In this document: piece by piece, positions 45,380 through 58,648 of the stretch
Position numbering within the stretch: position 1 is the first letter of the stretch
How the letters are laid out: every line of letters begins with the position of its first letter
DNA from: Mytilus californianus
Taxonomy: Eukaryota
Reading direction: 5' to 3'
Assembly (NCBI RefSeq): GCF_021869535.1
Contig: NW_026262745.1
Coordinates: 29,016,001 to 29,080,000 of the forward strand
Length of the DNA stretch: 64,000 bases
Notes under the pieces: generated by a model
Databases searched by the model: none
The model's input: the letters and a program-made list of their open reading frames with translations, nothing else
What the model was told of the DNA's origin: nothing
Position numbers and translations under genes: made by a program

Positions 45380-45925
45380 AAGATCAGCTTATATAAATAG
45401 CCAAGATTATCATTATATACAAAAATAATGTAAGTTTTAGACCGCCACTGGGTACATTAAGATATTTCTTAGATAAATTGGTTTAAAAATATGTACGAAT
45501 CGGGAATCAGGTTAGATTGACTGCCGACGTGCAGCAATTACGGTAAACATACAGACCAAACCATTAGAAAAGTTATCTCTAAAATATTGAATACGGTAAA
45601 ACTGGTCGGAATACAAATGAGAGTACACACCTTCAGCAGAAGGATATGTTACGACCTCCACACAGCACCCTGCCAATGCACTAGAAAACAGATATATGGC
45701 GTATTAATGTATGACGTAATCCCTACATGCACTTTCCAAAAATCAAATCAACAAACGTTTTCAATGCTGTTTTTCATCTCAAATGTACAGCGAGGCCTCC
45801 AACAGAGTACATAAGATTATACATCCCCTTTTTCCTGTTTTAGAAATATACATGTATGTTATGTTTATGTAAGAATCATTGTTTATCTTACCATATCTAT
45901 TTCCTTTTTTTCAGACTGCTTGATT

Positions 45926-48340
45926 ATGCGTTGTTTTAGTCAAAATTATCAAAGAGGTATGCATGCATTAGAATTTCATTTCCACATTAACCTGAAAACC
46001 TGAAAAATGTATAATTGGACCCTATGCTTAATTAGATAACACCAATGTTCAAGTTTGATTGCAATAACGTTTATTCATGATAGTTTTGTCACTTGAAAAA
46101 AACTTTAATACAAAGTCTGTCTCAAAGGCAGTGAAATAGAGTAGACTGGTATCCTGGCTCAGTATTACTGAATAAATACAAACATTGGTCAGCGACCCCA
46201 AAGTAAGATGTGGAGAAGATATTTGATTTCTAGTAAGTGATTATTATTTGCATAACCATTGTGGATGCAAAGGTACAAAGCCAAATCATTTGTGTGCATA
46301 TGTAAATGAATATAATGAGATAAAAATGAACGAATATAATAGTTAAAATACTTCAAGAGGGCAAATAACAGTCATCAACAATAATAATATTATACATTAT
46401 GTCAAGCTCTCAGTTCAGTGCCTAAACAGTTGTGATTGAGTTCAAAAGAAACCGTCAAGAATATGTTGTCAACATCAAATTTTCAAATACTAGTAACAAA
46501 AGAAATTAAGCAAGCATCGACGAGGATCCTTATTCGAGACAGGCAACTGAATTTGGTGAGAGGTCTCAGCACCCCTTTTAATTTTGAAAATAAAATAATT
46601 CATTTCTAAGAAATTGATTACAGAAATAGAATATCCTTTTTTAAATACTTTGAATACTCTTAGTTCCGACACTTTAAAAGTTGGAAATATTTCCAAATTT
46701 GACTTTTATCTACATTTGATAAATTAGTCGAATTCACTATTATAAAAGTACTTGAAATAATATATATAATGACGTCCGTGAAGCCACAAGTGAAAAAAAA
46801 TCTACAAAATCGTAGTCGAACTAGAAACGATCTTATATTGTACGTACCAACCTTATAACGTTCTTGGTAACATATCATACCGTTCAATACACTTTTTATC
46901 TACGAATGTTTTATTAATCATGATTTCAAGAATTTCGGGTGATTTTGAATAAGAGGTATCACGTCAGAAGGAAATCAGATAGTGCTGAAATTCCCATATC
47001 CTTTGTGCTTGATAAACTGGAACTTTATATACATGTATTTACAGATGACACTGGCTTAAAAAAATATATACAAAAATAGAATTTTGTCATGCTTGGGCAT
47101 TTTATAGCTACATGTAACTATAATAGTATGGGTTTTGATTATTGTTTAAGGCCGTTTGCTGAACTATAGTTGCTTATACCCAGTTCCTATTGTCTTTGGT
47201 GGATAATTGTCTCATTTGCAATCGTACCACATCTCATTGTTATAGCATGAAATGGTTGATTTTAGTTAGGCAAATTAATTAGAAGAAGGTTTGAATAATA
47301 TTGAGAAATGTTTCCAATGTATCAAGCCACTTTAGGCTTTATAACAATGAGTAATTTTATCTTTTATTTCAGTTTTATGTACCTTCACCATCTTTTGTCC
47401 AGCAGCAATCACCTTTATGGCATTTAACTATTTTTATAAGTCTAACAGCTATGCACTTACATATAACAGCAAGATGTTATCCGGAAATGTGAGTAATCGA
47501 TATTTATGTCCTTACTTCAGAGGTGGCCTAGGAAACCACATGTTTATGTATTCGTCGCTATATGGAATTGCAAAGATAAAAAATATGACATTAGTGATAG
47601 ACGAACAAGACACTATTAATAGTGTATTTAAGTTAAACGTACTCAAATTAAAAAATGTGAAGTATATATGTGAACAAGCTGTTCTAGTAAATGAAAAAAG
47701 ACCATGTGCATATGATCTTGAAACGTTCAACTTTGACCCATCAACGCCAGTAAAATTAAAAGGATATTTACAATCGTGGAAATATTTCAAACATGTTGAA
47801 AAAGAATTAAGGAAACAATTTGTATTTAAGGAGGAGGTAAAACAAAAAGCTAAGGACGTTATTGAAAAATATACTAAAGAGTTTACCAGAAATAAAACTA
47901 ATTCCGAAAATTTGAAAATAATAGGCGTTCATATTCGCCGTGGAGACTATCTCACAACCCATAGTATTAAATATGGATATAATGTGGCTTCCAAAGTATA
48001 TCTTCAAAAGGCATTTGATCATTTTAGATTGAAATATAAAAATTGCCTTTTTCTTGTTTTTACTGGAACAAACAAAGAAGACATTAAATGGAGGGACGAA
48101 AATGTTCATGGCAAGGATGTGTTGAAGGTAGCAGCCAATGATCGTAATGTTGACATGTGCGCTTTGACTAAATGTGATCATACAATAATAACTGTAGGTT
48201 CGTTTGGATGGTGGGCAGCATGGTTATCCACTGGTACAACCATTTATTTTAAGGATATTGCACAGAAAAACAGTTCGCTTCGAAAAGACTTCAGTGCAGA
48301 CATGACAGATTTCTTTCCCGATGACTGGATTGGTTTATAG
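45926..48340 (+). CDS. Galactoside alpha-1,2-fucosyltransferase (GT11, FUT1/FUT2-like), 332 aa type II membrane protein
   Basis: Exon 45926-45956 (MRCFSQNYQR, phase 1, GTATGC donor) plus exon 47373-48340 give 999 nt. TM segment VLCTFTIFCPAAITFMAF. GT11 motifs GGLGNHMF, GVHIRRGDY and DMCALTKCDHTIITVGSFGWWAAWL. A possible UTR exon ends at 45542. Confidence 0.93.
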
Positions 48341-49074
48341 TTTATTTCGAACGGAATATTGTCTCTATACCTTTCAAGACCGTTCAAAAAGGCATAAAAG
48401 TTAGTTCATTGGTGAAGCAATACATACGTCAGAAACTTCTATTCTTAACCCCCAATGTAATGATGGATGTATTGAAAATTTCAAAAAAAAAATATACGTT
48501 TAGATATTTTGTCTTGTAGGGGGACAGTAGTAACACTGGCGAATAACGGACACATATATATGTGACACACTGGTAGATCGAACTCGAACCTCTACCACGT
48601 GATTTACAATTTTGTACTTTATTATCACAGACGATAATAAAAACATATTGAGTGAAAGTATATACAGACAAACAGCTTTCAATTTTACTCACCAAATTAG
48701 TCATCCATGAACTTATAGATGTTGCATCACCAACTTGTGATACCGATTTATGGGCGCACGACACAAGCCTCTTCCAAACATAACATGTTGTGGATGCTAA
48801 GTACATAAAACGTTTCTCTTCTCAAAAACTGCAGTCAACGGACACCTAATAAACTGAATTCTAGTATTAAAATCAAATGAACAAATGTCGATTGGCAATC
48901 ATATCACATCTCTTTATCTTTACATATGTGAAATGTTTACAGTATGAATAAAGAAGCGCATATAAAAGGTATGCGTAAAATGTTTTAACTTGTTGTTCAG
49001 TACACAAAGGTACATTCTATTTACAATAATACCGAACTCCAAGGTAAATTCCAAAAACATGATAAAATCAAACA

Positions 49075-49300
49075 CGTGTCGTGGGTTCAATCCACAGGTG
49101 GTTTAAACCAAAGGCTTGACAATGGTATATTTGCTGCTTCTATCGCTAAAAACGCGGTATTGAGGAGTAAGAGCAGACTGGTTGGCTCGGAAGAATACTG
49201 TGTCCTGGTAGGGTGACATGTATTCCTGCAGAATATAATCTTTTGAACTAGGCTTAGCGTGTTAAAAGTCCGGTTCAGCGTGGCGGTTTAGTAAAAAACA
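49075..49300 (+). mobile_element. SINE fragment (Meta-type core, tentative)
   Basis: B box-like gggttcaatcc followed by ggtatatttgctgcttctatcgctaa...attgaggagtaagagcagactggttggctcgga, which resembles a conserved mollusc SINE core (recalled, not searched). Confidence 0.55.
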
Positions 49301-51359
49301 GTTTATTCACATTAACTTGTTCCTGTCTTGATAAATTATACAAAAATAAGAAGATGTGGTATGATTACCAATGAGACAAATATCCACCAGAGTACAAATT
49401 ACGAGGATAAAAACAGTTATAGGCCACCAAACGGACTTCAAAAATGGGAAAAACCCATACCGTATAGCCAGTATATATGTTATATTTTCCACTTGATGTA
49501 ACACACCAACCCATTATCATCACCATCATAAAATTATAGTTAAGTCTTAAATCAAAGTGATTATTTGACATAACTAACAAGCCATTACATTGGTGTTAAC
49601 ATCACTTGATCATTCGAACTTTATTGAATGAGGTAACGATTGGACAAATTTGAAACAGCGATAGTTGAATAACGGTACATATCTACATGCACACATACAT
49701 TGATTATGCGGGAAATAAAATCATTTATAAATATCCGGCTACATGTGTTTTCCTTGGCTGATTGCGGTCTGAATCGGAATATATGTAAATATTTCTTTGT
49801 AATAGACCATTCTATATTCTATTGATTTTAATTGACTGTTTTCACTTTTGGATCGTTCTAAACAATATAATCACATATTGATTCATATTGTCATCAATCT
49901 AATTAAAAACCGATCTGTCATCGCTCCCGTTTTCGGATATGTGAAGAGCATAAAATTGAGAATGGAAATAGGGAATGTGTCAAAAAGACAACAACCCGAC
50001 CAAAGAGCAGGAAAAATGCAGGTTTTATTTAGAAAATAGAATTATAGTGTTAGTGACCACATTTTTAATCTGAAATGTTTAATTAAATTATATGTATTTA
50101 AAAAAAACTGTATTTAGCATGTATTTTTCCAATTCAAGTGATTTCATTACGACACAAGTTGCTTCAACATCATATCGATAGAAACATTTTTAATATTATT
50201 TTTGGTTTGTATGAAAGTTCCAAATCTGTTTTCCTGACACACGCGGTCTCGCTCCTTTTAAAGTGCATGCGATTCCCTCAGTTTTTTTATTGTCACCTTA
50301 ATTTATCGATTCCAAGTCTATTTTTGAGATTCGAATATCTGTAAACTACTGTCGATTTAATTTAGACTGGGAGCAGCAACCTCGCAGAGACTTCGTTTTT
50401 AGTAATGCCGGGGCTAGGTTTATTTCATATTATACTTTTTACTTAAAGCTGATGCTACTGTAGTTCTATCTGATTTTAAGAACTTTTCACCGTGGTCGTT
50501 ATCTGGTGGATATTTTCATTAAAGCTTAAATGATTGGGTATTTTGAAAAGGTTGATATGTAAAAGAAAAGAAAGTATTAGTAATATTTATAATAACCTGC
50601 ATGTTTGTCACTTAATCATGCATATATTATATGTTAATTTATAATTTATCACTTGTTTATCAACTTTCTTTATTGTACATATACAATGTTGATTTGTTGA
50701 TATTTTTAATGTATTTGTTTTTTTTCTCATATCCCGGGGGCCTTTGCGCACGGAGTCTTGAATTAAAATAAAACTAGAAGCTTGAAACTAAAATTTGGTA
50801 CGCGAGACCACCCCGTATAATCCGATACAAATAAATCCGGGCGTTGATTCGTTCGAATCGAAAACACAGCAAACAAATGAGGTAAGACAGAAGAAATATT
50901 ACATTTTTAAGGTTCATATTTACACTTTGATTCCAAAATTGCTATCAGAATTCAAAACATTTTGATGCAATATTAATATCTAATGGGCATAAAATGATGA
51001 TATACTTTGGCATTTCTGAATTTCTTTTTTTTTTCAAATCCCTTCCCGATTACGTGTTAAATTTGTTAGAATTTTCTCCTTCCAAAAATAATAACACGAT
51101 TCGGGAAAGAATTTTTTGGAAATAAGTGAATCAGTGGCATTAAATCAAATTGTACCTACTGAAATCAGTTATGAGTAAATTCGGAACTTTGCAAGCAATG
51201 TGTTGGAATACGGCTGCCGCCATGTTGTAGTGCGCCACTACAATTTTACAAAGTTTCATGTTTTCTGGAGAAGATTAGATAAACAATTGGTACACAAAGT
51301 ATTTCCTGTAATACAGATTGACAAGGATTAAGGATGTTAAATTAAGATTACAACTGCTG

Positions 51360-53870
51360 GATAGAAAACAATAATATGATGGATAGGGACACACATTTCA
51401 CCTTGCAATAGTCTAGTGGCTGTCTAGTGTGGCTAAAACAGGCCCCTCGGTTGCCAAAATTTCTTGACCACGAAGAGTGAGTGTGCCAGTCCCTCAACAC
51501 TAGGCACATCAACATTTTAACAGGACATGTCTGCAAATGAATACAAACACAATACCAAAAAGAAAGCATGAACCAGAAAAATAGAAGACGGCAAAGAAAT
51601 GTCACCAATGAAAACACAAAAAAGGAATTTACCAAACCTCAAATTTATATGAAAAAGGTATACTTATGATTATCTTACGTATAGTAAAACATTTATGTAT
51701 TTAGTTTAAATAATAAACATTAAAGCAGGCAAAATATTTCAGTTTGCGCAAATATTTTATTTTCAAAATCAAAGCTGGATAATCCAAAGAACTATAAATA
51801 ATATTTTTGTGGTTTTTCATTAGCTTTAAGTTTTCTTTACCTTAAATTATAGGTTATTTTGGTCTACAGGTTTGCCAAGTATAAGGGTCATTTGTGATTG
51901 CGGGCGGAGTAAACGGTCACACAAACAAACCTACAATGCAGAAGGAGGTGTTGCTGTAACCATCGGCGCCAAAACAAAAAAAAAATTGCATATCGGTATC
52001 AGAAACAAATATTGTAAATTTGTAACGGAGCAACTACATTATGCATTGAACTGTCACAGCACATATGTTATAAGAATTGGAATGAGTCGAGTCAGGCCAT
52101 GGAATCCGATATAATTGTAGAAGGCTTTCTTAAAGCCAACGATCACATCGTAAGATACATGGAGATAATAGGTAATGGAAATTCCTCCACATTGGCTAAA
52201 ATAGTGGGAAAAGTTCTGTTTGTTGTCGCAACGTAAAAAAAATTGAATGTTCTAACCACGCCTGGAAATGTTGAACAATGCTTAAGATCTAACATTGAAA
52301 ATATTGTCGTTGATAATCCAGCATATAAGGGAAAAGGGAGACTTTGCAAGAATACTAGAATTAAAATTACTAGTGCTGCTTGCTGTGCGATCAGAATGAG
52401 ATCACAAGAACCAGACAGAAATTGGACGATGGTATACGAAATTCGTGTTAATCATATATATGGCGATCATTACAACTGATCGATTTCTGGAAGGCAAAAA
52501 CACTCCCAATGAAAATATACCATCATTCCAAATTTGTGAAGAAACAAACATCAATTTAGAATGAAAATGAATATTTGAACAACAGACTGACATGTGGACA
52601 GAGGGGCAAACGTTGAATAGCAGGAAGAATCAAGACTGTCGTCACATTTATTACCATCATACATAGATACAGAAATGCGCCAAGACATAGCCATCCTGCT
52701 AAAAAGTCATGCATCCAACCTTATTGAAAATCTCACCAGCAACCTAGTCGAATCTTGAATGCACATGCGGACAAAATTTGATGGAGGTAAACTGTAAAAC
52801 CTCTGTAACAGAGGTTCATGACATAATAGATGCTTTGATGCAGCTCTTATGAATAATGTAGGTCCTTTATGGTCACCAAAAGTATGGGAATCTAGTACCA
52901 AGTCTACCAGTGATAATTTTTTCAAGAATTTTTACATCACTAGATAGAGAAATATTAATGTCAACAATACCTCCAAATCCAAGCAAGTAATAAAAAAAAA
53001 TAAATGGAAGCGAACAATAAAGGCAGCAAAGGAAGCAACATCACGTAAAGCTAAAATCAATATGGAAAATAATGTATACAAGCAGAGAATGATATATCAC
53101 CTCAAGAATTATAAACCATCCAGAAGCAATATTATATTATATATAATATCAGAAATAGATATAACACCCCCTGCAATAAATAAAATTGAAAATAACACAA
53201 CACCTCAAAGTATCTCCGGAAAGTGGGCAGAACATTAACCGAAAACGTTTAACCTCCTCAAATATTTGCCTCATTGTTAAAAGGAATCCGAAGTTACCTG
53301 TCGCTAAACTTATTTCTTCTCCTCTTTATTGTACAATAGCTGGGAATAAAGTAACACGTTTTGCACTGAGTCAAGAGAAAGAGTAACTATTTTGGGACAC
53401 ATTCAGTACATGTTAAAGCAAAATAATCTATCAAAATTGAACAGTTTGGACTTATCATACATCCTTATCACCATGTTCAACTGCAAGTCCTGGTGGCATC
53501 GTTTTAAAAAGAACCGATATAATTGAAATTAAGAATGTTCTCCACAACAAACCCACATCTTTGACAGAAGCAACAAAATCCGTTTCCAATTTCTGTTAAA
53601 AACTGAATCAAAACAAACAACTTCAACTTAAAAAAAACCCCACAACTTCTACTACAAAGTCCAACGATTGTTAAATATTACCAATTTACCATGCCAAGAT
53701 TTGTTAGCTCGTACAATTAATCCGTTTGAAATTCACATTCAGAGACTTATCAAGGACTCGTCGTTTTGTGAATCCATCATGCTACCCAAGCCGAAAGCTT
53801 TCTACATGGTTGCAATCCTACTAGAAATAGCGACACAACAAATATCCAATAATCAGAGAGCCTGACACTG
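51360..53870 (+). mobile_element. Decayed DNA transposon gene: Kolobok/Mutator-like DDE transposase followed by YqaJ (lambda-exonuclease, PD-(D/E)XK) domain; KolobokE-like
   Basis: Mosaic of frames: VICDCGRSKRSHKQTYNAEGGVAVTIG...GIRNKYC; CYKNWNESSQAMESDIIVEGF; IGNGNSS; KIECSNHA; NPAYKGKG; TSNLVES..RTKFDGGK; then KRLTSSN, ASPGGIV..IIEIK, HNFYYKVQRLLNIT. Probable phase-1 intron at 51658-51869. Many stops and frameshifts; the termini were not identified. Confidence 0.75.
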
Positions 53871-55000
53871 CATAATACATGTATACATTCTCTCCAGTTA
53901 TACATTTAGTAATTTATAGTTAGCTAAAATATTTTTTTTGCCTTTTATTTTACATGTTTTTCAACAAAATGGATCAAAAAAAGTATTTACTGTTTTATGT
54001 TGAATTTATATTCATAAACTGTAAATGCTGTAAGAACAATTCTTTGAGTAAAGATAACTTCCTTAAAAAATCAAAAACAAATTACAATGAAATCAAACAG
54101 GTCATCTGATCCTGTTTATCTTGTTTTCTTTCATGATCTCAATCTCCATGATGTCATTGTCCCTGCGTTCATCACATCCTGTAAAATGTGTAATGCCCCC
54201 CCCCCCCCCTCCAAAAAAAAAAAGAAAATCATTGAAATTCTTTTACAGTAAAAATCAAAAACAACTGTTGGTTTAGAAAAGTGCAATACAATCAAAATAG
54301 TATCACCTATACGGTATATTCTTTTATATTTCAGTTTCAGGCTGATTTGCTCGAATGGCCTTCAACAAGCAGTTTACGGAATAGAAAAAGAAAACAGAAA
54401 AACAACAAATTAAGAACAAGTGTGACCCGAGAATCAGTGTCATTTAGTAAAAAATCAAGGAGGAAAACTATGTTTAACCCTTAACCATGTTTACTGCCTG
54501 CTTATATTATACAAATAATTGAACAAACAAAAAGAGATCATCTAGACAAACATATTGTTCAAAAAGCATATTTTATATCATTATAAATAAAAAATGTGCC
54601 AATGAGACAAATCTTCATCCAAGACAAAATAATGTTGATGTAAACAAATGTTACCGTACATCCTTCAGCACAGGACAAAAGCCCTTACCACATGGGAATC
54701 TATAAAGGGCCCCAAAAAAGACAAGCCTGATTTATATACAAAACAAAAAACGAAAAAACAAATATGAAGTATAACAACAAACGACAAATCTTCTTTTTTG
54801 TATTCAATCAATTCATCATCAACTAAACAAACACAATATTTGGACATTAAAAGCAAAAAATTAATTAAATTGTATCAGGTGTGAAAACATAAGACCAATT
54901 AAGTGTTAAATAGTTTTGAAATATTCAGTATGTTTATTTATATCTGTATTGATTTGATCATGCATTTGTAACAATCTTCATATACAACTGTTTGTGTTAA

Positions 55001-55602
55001 GGTAGATTCATGGTATACCGCCATCTTGGATTTATTTTTTGTACAATCCCAGTACAAAATCGGTCTAGTTATTTGACCAAACCTGCAAATCTTGAGACAG
55101 ATTTGCAATTTATTGGTTAGACTGTTTATTTATATAAAGAAAACGTGATGATTTGTTGTATAACTCAAAATATTTAAACAAATATCAAAATTTTGTGTTT
55201 TTAGAATAATTTTTTTTTCAAATAAGCAATTTAAGGGGAGATAACTCTTTTAGTATAAAATATATACTGGACTGATAGGGAAATTTTTAATTTTTACTTT
55301 TAGCAGGAAAACAAGTTCGGTGACACCATTTTTTCTTTTTATTTTCTTGAAACATATCATAAAACCTATCTTCTCACAATTTGTTTCAAAATTCTATCTC
55401 ATAGATTTTTTTTTATGCACACAAATGTGTTTTTTCATAAACAATCTAACCAAATTTAGGCAATTTTCAACGACTCATAGCTTGTAAAATAGCACGGTGA
55501 CCCATATTTTTTATTATATTTTTGAAAAAAGCATAGTAAAATCTTCATTTTGGCAAAGTATAAGAAAATTCTATCTCAAGAAACATATACCTATGATCTA
55601 CC
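55001..55602. mobile_element. Kolobok-type non-autonomous DNA transposon (copy 2, opposite orientation)
   Basis: TTAA flanks (54997-55000, 55603-06) and TIRs GGTAGATTCAT / ATGATCTACC. Homologous to 36360-36951. Confidence 0.85.
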
Positions 55603-55904
55603 TTAAGCATAGCATATCCATGCTATCACAACATGAGATTTTAATCAGATTGAAAATTTAAGAACAAAGAATAAGAAAAAAAATATGTTTTGACTAATTA
55701 GTTTTACCATGTCATGTCAAAAATGTAACATAAAATTTAAAAAATCTGAAAATATTGTTAAAATAATGGATATAGTAAAGCTTTATTTTTGTATTCAACT
55801 GATCAATGGTTGATGAAATCATTAATTAGTTTTTTTTCATAGAAATTTAATTAATTATGACCTAGATTAGTATATTAATATTTAAAGTTGTTGTTATATT
55901 TCAG

Positions 55905-56110
55905 TTATAAGAGAAGTTCAAAGCAAACATTTGTTGGCCGACACATTTTGCATGAATGGTTTGATGAAGAGACAAATAACAACAAATGGAATCACAGTGT
56001 TGAATAAGTTGGATGGTTACGGAGATGCAGCATATGATGTTTTCTATGAAGGATGCGACAAGGCGTATGAAATAGACCAACTTCCTGTGGATTTCGGGAT
56101 TCTTCTATGA
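55905..56110 (+). pseudogene. Frameshifted exon encoding a Spindlin/Tudor-like domain
   Basis: Acceptor tatttcag|, then FVGRHILHEWFDEETNNNKW in one frame and TVLNKLDGYGDAAYDVFYEGCDKAYEIDQLPVDFGILL* in another. Together these fit the LVGxxIxHxW...WYxGxV...YxxxY...LxxD Tudor-like pattern. Confidence 0.45.
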
Positions 56111-58049
56111 AATTCACTCACATTTGAATGTAACTATTATTAATTATACAAATATTACCAAAATCTTAGACTTTCTAATAATAAAACAATTTTACTTCAA
56201 AATGTTGTCGCAAAAGTATTTATTGAAAGAAAAGTACATGGTTAAATTTTGAATAGTTTTAAACAAATGTTGTCAAACGTAAAATAGCGAAAAAACCGAA
56301 CTCCAAGGAAAATTCAAAACGGAAAGTCCTTTATCAAATGGCAAAATCAAAAGCTCAAACACATCAAACGAATGGAAAACAACTGTCATATTCCTAACTT
56401 GGTACAGCCATTTCCTTGTGAAGAAAATGGTGGATTAAACCTGGTTTTATAGCTAGCGAAACCTCTCACTTGTATGACAGTCGCATTAAATCCCATTATA
56501 TTGACAACAATGTGTGAGTAAAACAAACAGACATAATAGGTAAAATTGTCAAAAATTGGGGTACAGCAGTCAACATTGTGTTATAATCTTAATCAATGTA
56601 AAACAAATAACTATTTCGACAAAGAAAAACAAAATGGCATAAAGACAAAGTACATAAGCAAAATTGAAAGAATAGAATACAAAAAAATACCATAGCACAA
56701 TAACACAATGGCGGGATGTATAAATACCGAGCAACGCCAAAGTAATACATGCTTTATTCCTGTGGCTGTAATACCTAGTCCACACTCCAAGAAATGCTTT
56801 TTGAATGCACTTTCCATGTGACTTTATTGTCACATTAGTTATATGATTATGATAAAGCAAATTTAATTTAAGACACTTATTTTGTATAAACATTTTTTTT
56901 TAGTCTCAGACAGATTAATCAGTGCTTTGTTCACCTATTAAATTTTATCTACATAATGTTGGAGGTTTCTACTATGAATTGCTTTTTCGTTGGCTATGTG
57001 AATTTTAAAATGTTTGCAAGTAAGGAGTAAATCAGTAATTTAAAAGTTTAAAAAAAAATGTGCACAATTTTTCTGTTATGTTCGGTTTTTCAATATTACA
57101 GTAAAAGGGAGACAATTCAAAATTTGTCTGTTATTGCACACCATACATTTGCTAAAAGGAATTCAAGTACACATGAATTTAAAAACTGTGTATTAAATAA
57201 ATGTTCTTATAAAATGTTTTTATCAGGGAAAAAAATAAGAAAAGAAGCCTGGCAACATCTAGCTATGAACTTGGAGAACATCTTTACATGTTGTTTTTTT
57301 TCAGATTTTGAAGATTGCATTTTTTTAAAGACATTTTCTTTGATGAGGAGCACATAAACAGACCTCATTCTTGGAAACAGATGGATATTACTTTTATTGA
57401 TGATAATATTTCATAACTATAGACTATGACAATTACAACGGTGAATAGAAATTATATTGTTTTCATTGGAAACATGTTTGTTTGTATCGTTTTTAATGTA
57501 ATGAACAAATAGTTATAATGAACCTTAAGGTAAATCCAATAATATTCTCATGAGATTTTTCTTCAAATAAATTCTTTTATATATCACTCATTTCTTATTG
57601 CTACTTTTTTTAACGGCTCATATAGAAAAAACGCACGACCTTAGCACTAATAAATACATGCTTACTTTTTTTAATCGTTATAAATTTTAAGTTTCCCGTT
57701 CCTTTAATTTGTTAAAAAAGACATTTTTGAAAATGTCATCGTTTGAACTTAAACTAATTAAGATTGTAGGTATACATGCTATTTAGAAATTAAAAAATCA
57801 TCTTTTAACGTGTCGTTATTTTCCAATTGAGTACGCTTCACTATCTATACACTTTTTTTTACACTGTACGATTCGTTGCGACAACATTTAATTTCTCAAA
57901 CGAAATTAGCATGTATTAAGACATGATAACAATATATACATAGTCATGCACATGCTGGAAAACCTCGTTTAATTTACCACCATAAGCTAACATATTATCT
58001 CCGCTGTACAGTTGAATTCCACATTAATGTATGCGAGTTCGTTTGTGCA

Positions 58050-58235
58050 TATGATTGATTGATTGATTGGTGTAACGCCGCTTTCAACACTATTGTGCTG
58101 TTTCGTAGCGGCCAGTTTTTATTGGTGGAGGAAGCCGGAGTGCCCGGAGAGAACAATCGACCTTCGATAGAAAAACTGACAATCCTAGTCAATTAAGATT
58201 GGAGTCGAGTGCACCTGCCCCGTGCGGCATTCGAA
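58050..58235 (-). mobile_element. tRNA-derived V-SINE-like copy, 5'-truncated
   Basis: (GATT)n tail and the core ggtggaggaagccggagtgcccggagagaa, as in 35356-35594. Confidence 0.8.
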
Positions 58236-58366
58236 CACACAACCTCATTGTTGATGCATATATGACGTTTCATCTATATGAAATGTAAATTGGTTAGACA
58301 TTCAATCACTCGTCAAATTACAGATGCTTGCTTACTGTCATTTAAAAAACTCATAACGTTTGGTTA

Positions 58367-58648
58367 GGGGACAACCATTTGAATTTTTTCGGGGAAAGGG
58401 GGGGGGGGGGGGGGGGGGGGGGGGATGGAGGGATTTTTTTTAAAATAATATTTTTTCAATTGACAGGAGGATTAAAATGATTATTCTGTAGAACAAAATG
58501 CAGGAAACAGTTGTATACAAAAATAAAAGTAAATTTTCGCCAAGCTTTGCTGTGGAAAAAAATAAGCACGCGTAGCAAAATTTGACAATGAATAGTCAAT
58601 ACGTAAAATGTCATCCTGCCCCTCCACTAATATCAATTGGTCGTCACC
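58367..58648. mobile_element. Short PIF/Harbinger MITE related to 17096-18360
   Basis: TTA|GGGGACAACCATTTGA ... TCAATTGGTCGTCACC|TTA, with an internal 27-nt poly-G run at 58398-58424. Confidence 0.75.

Noticed and set aside
47512-48181. Antisense ORFs within the fucosyltransferase
   Set aside because: Shadow frames of a genuine coding exon.
51328-54066. TTAA|GGATGTTA ... TAACTTCC|TTAA as termini of the KolobokE-like fossil
   Set aside because: The match is only 7/8 in AT-rich DNA, and the left site is too close to coding remnants to leave room for the gene start.
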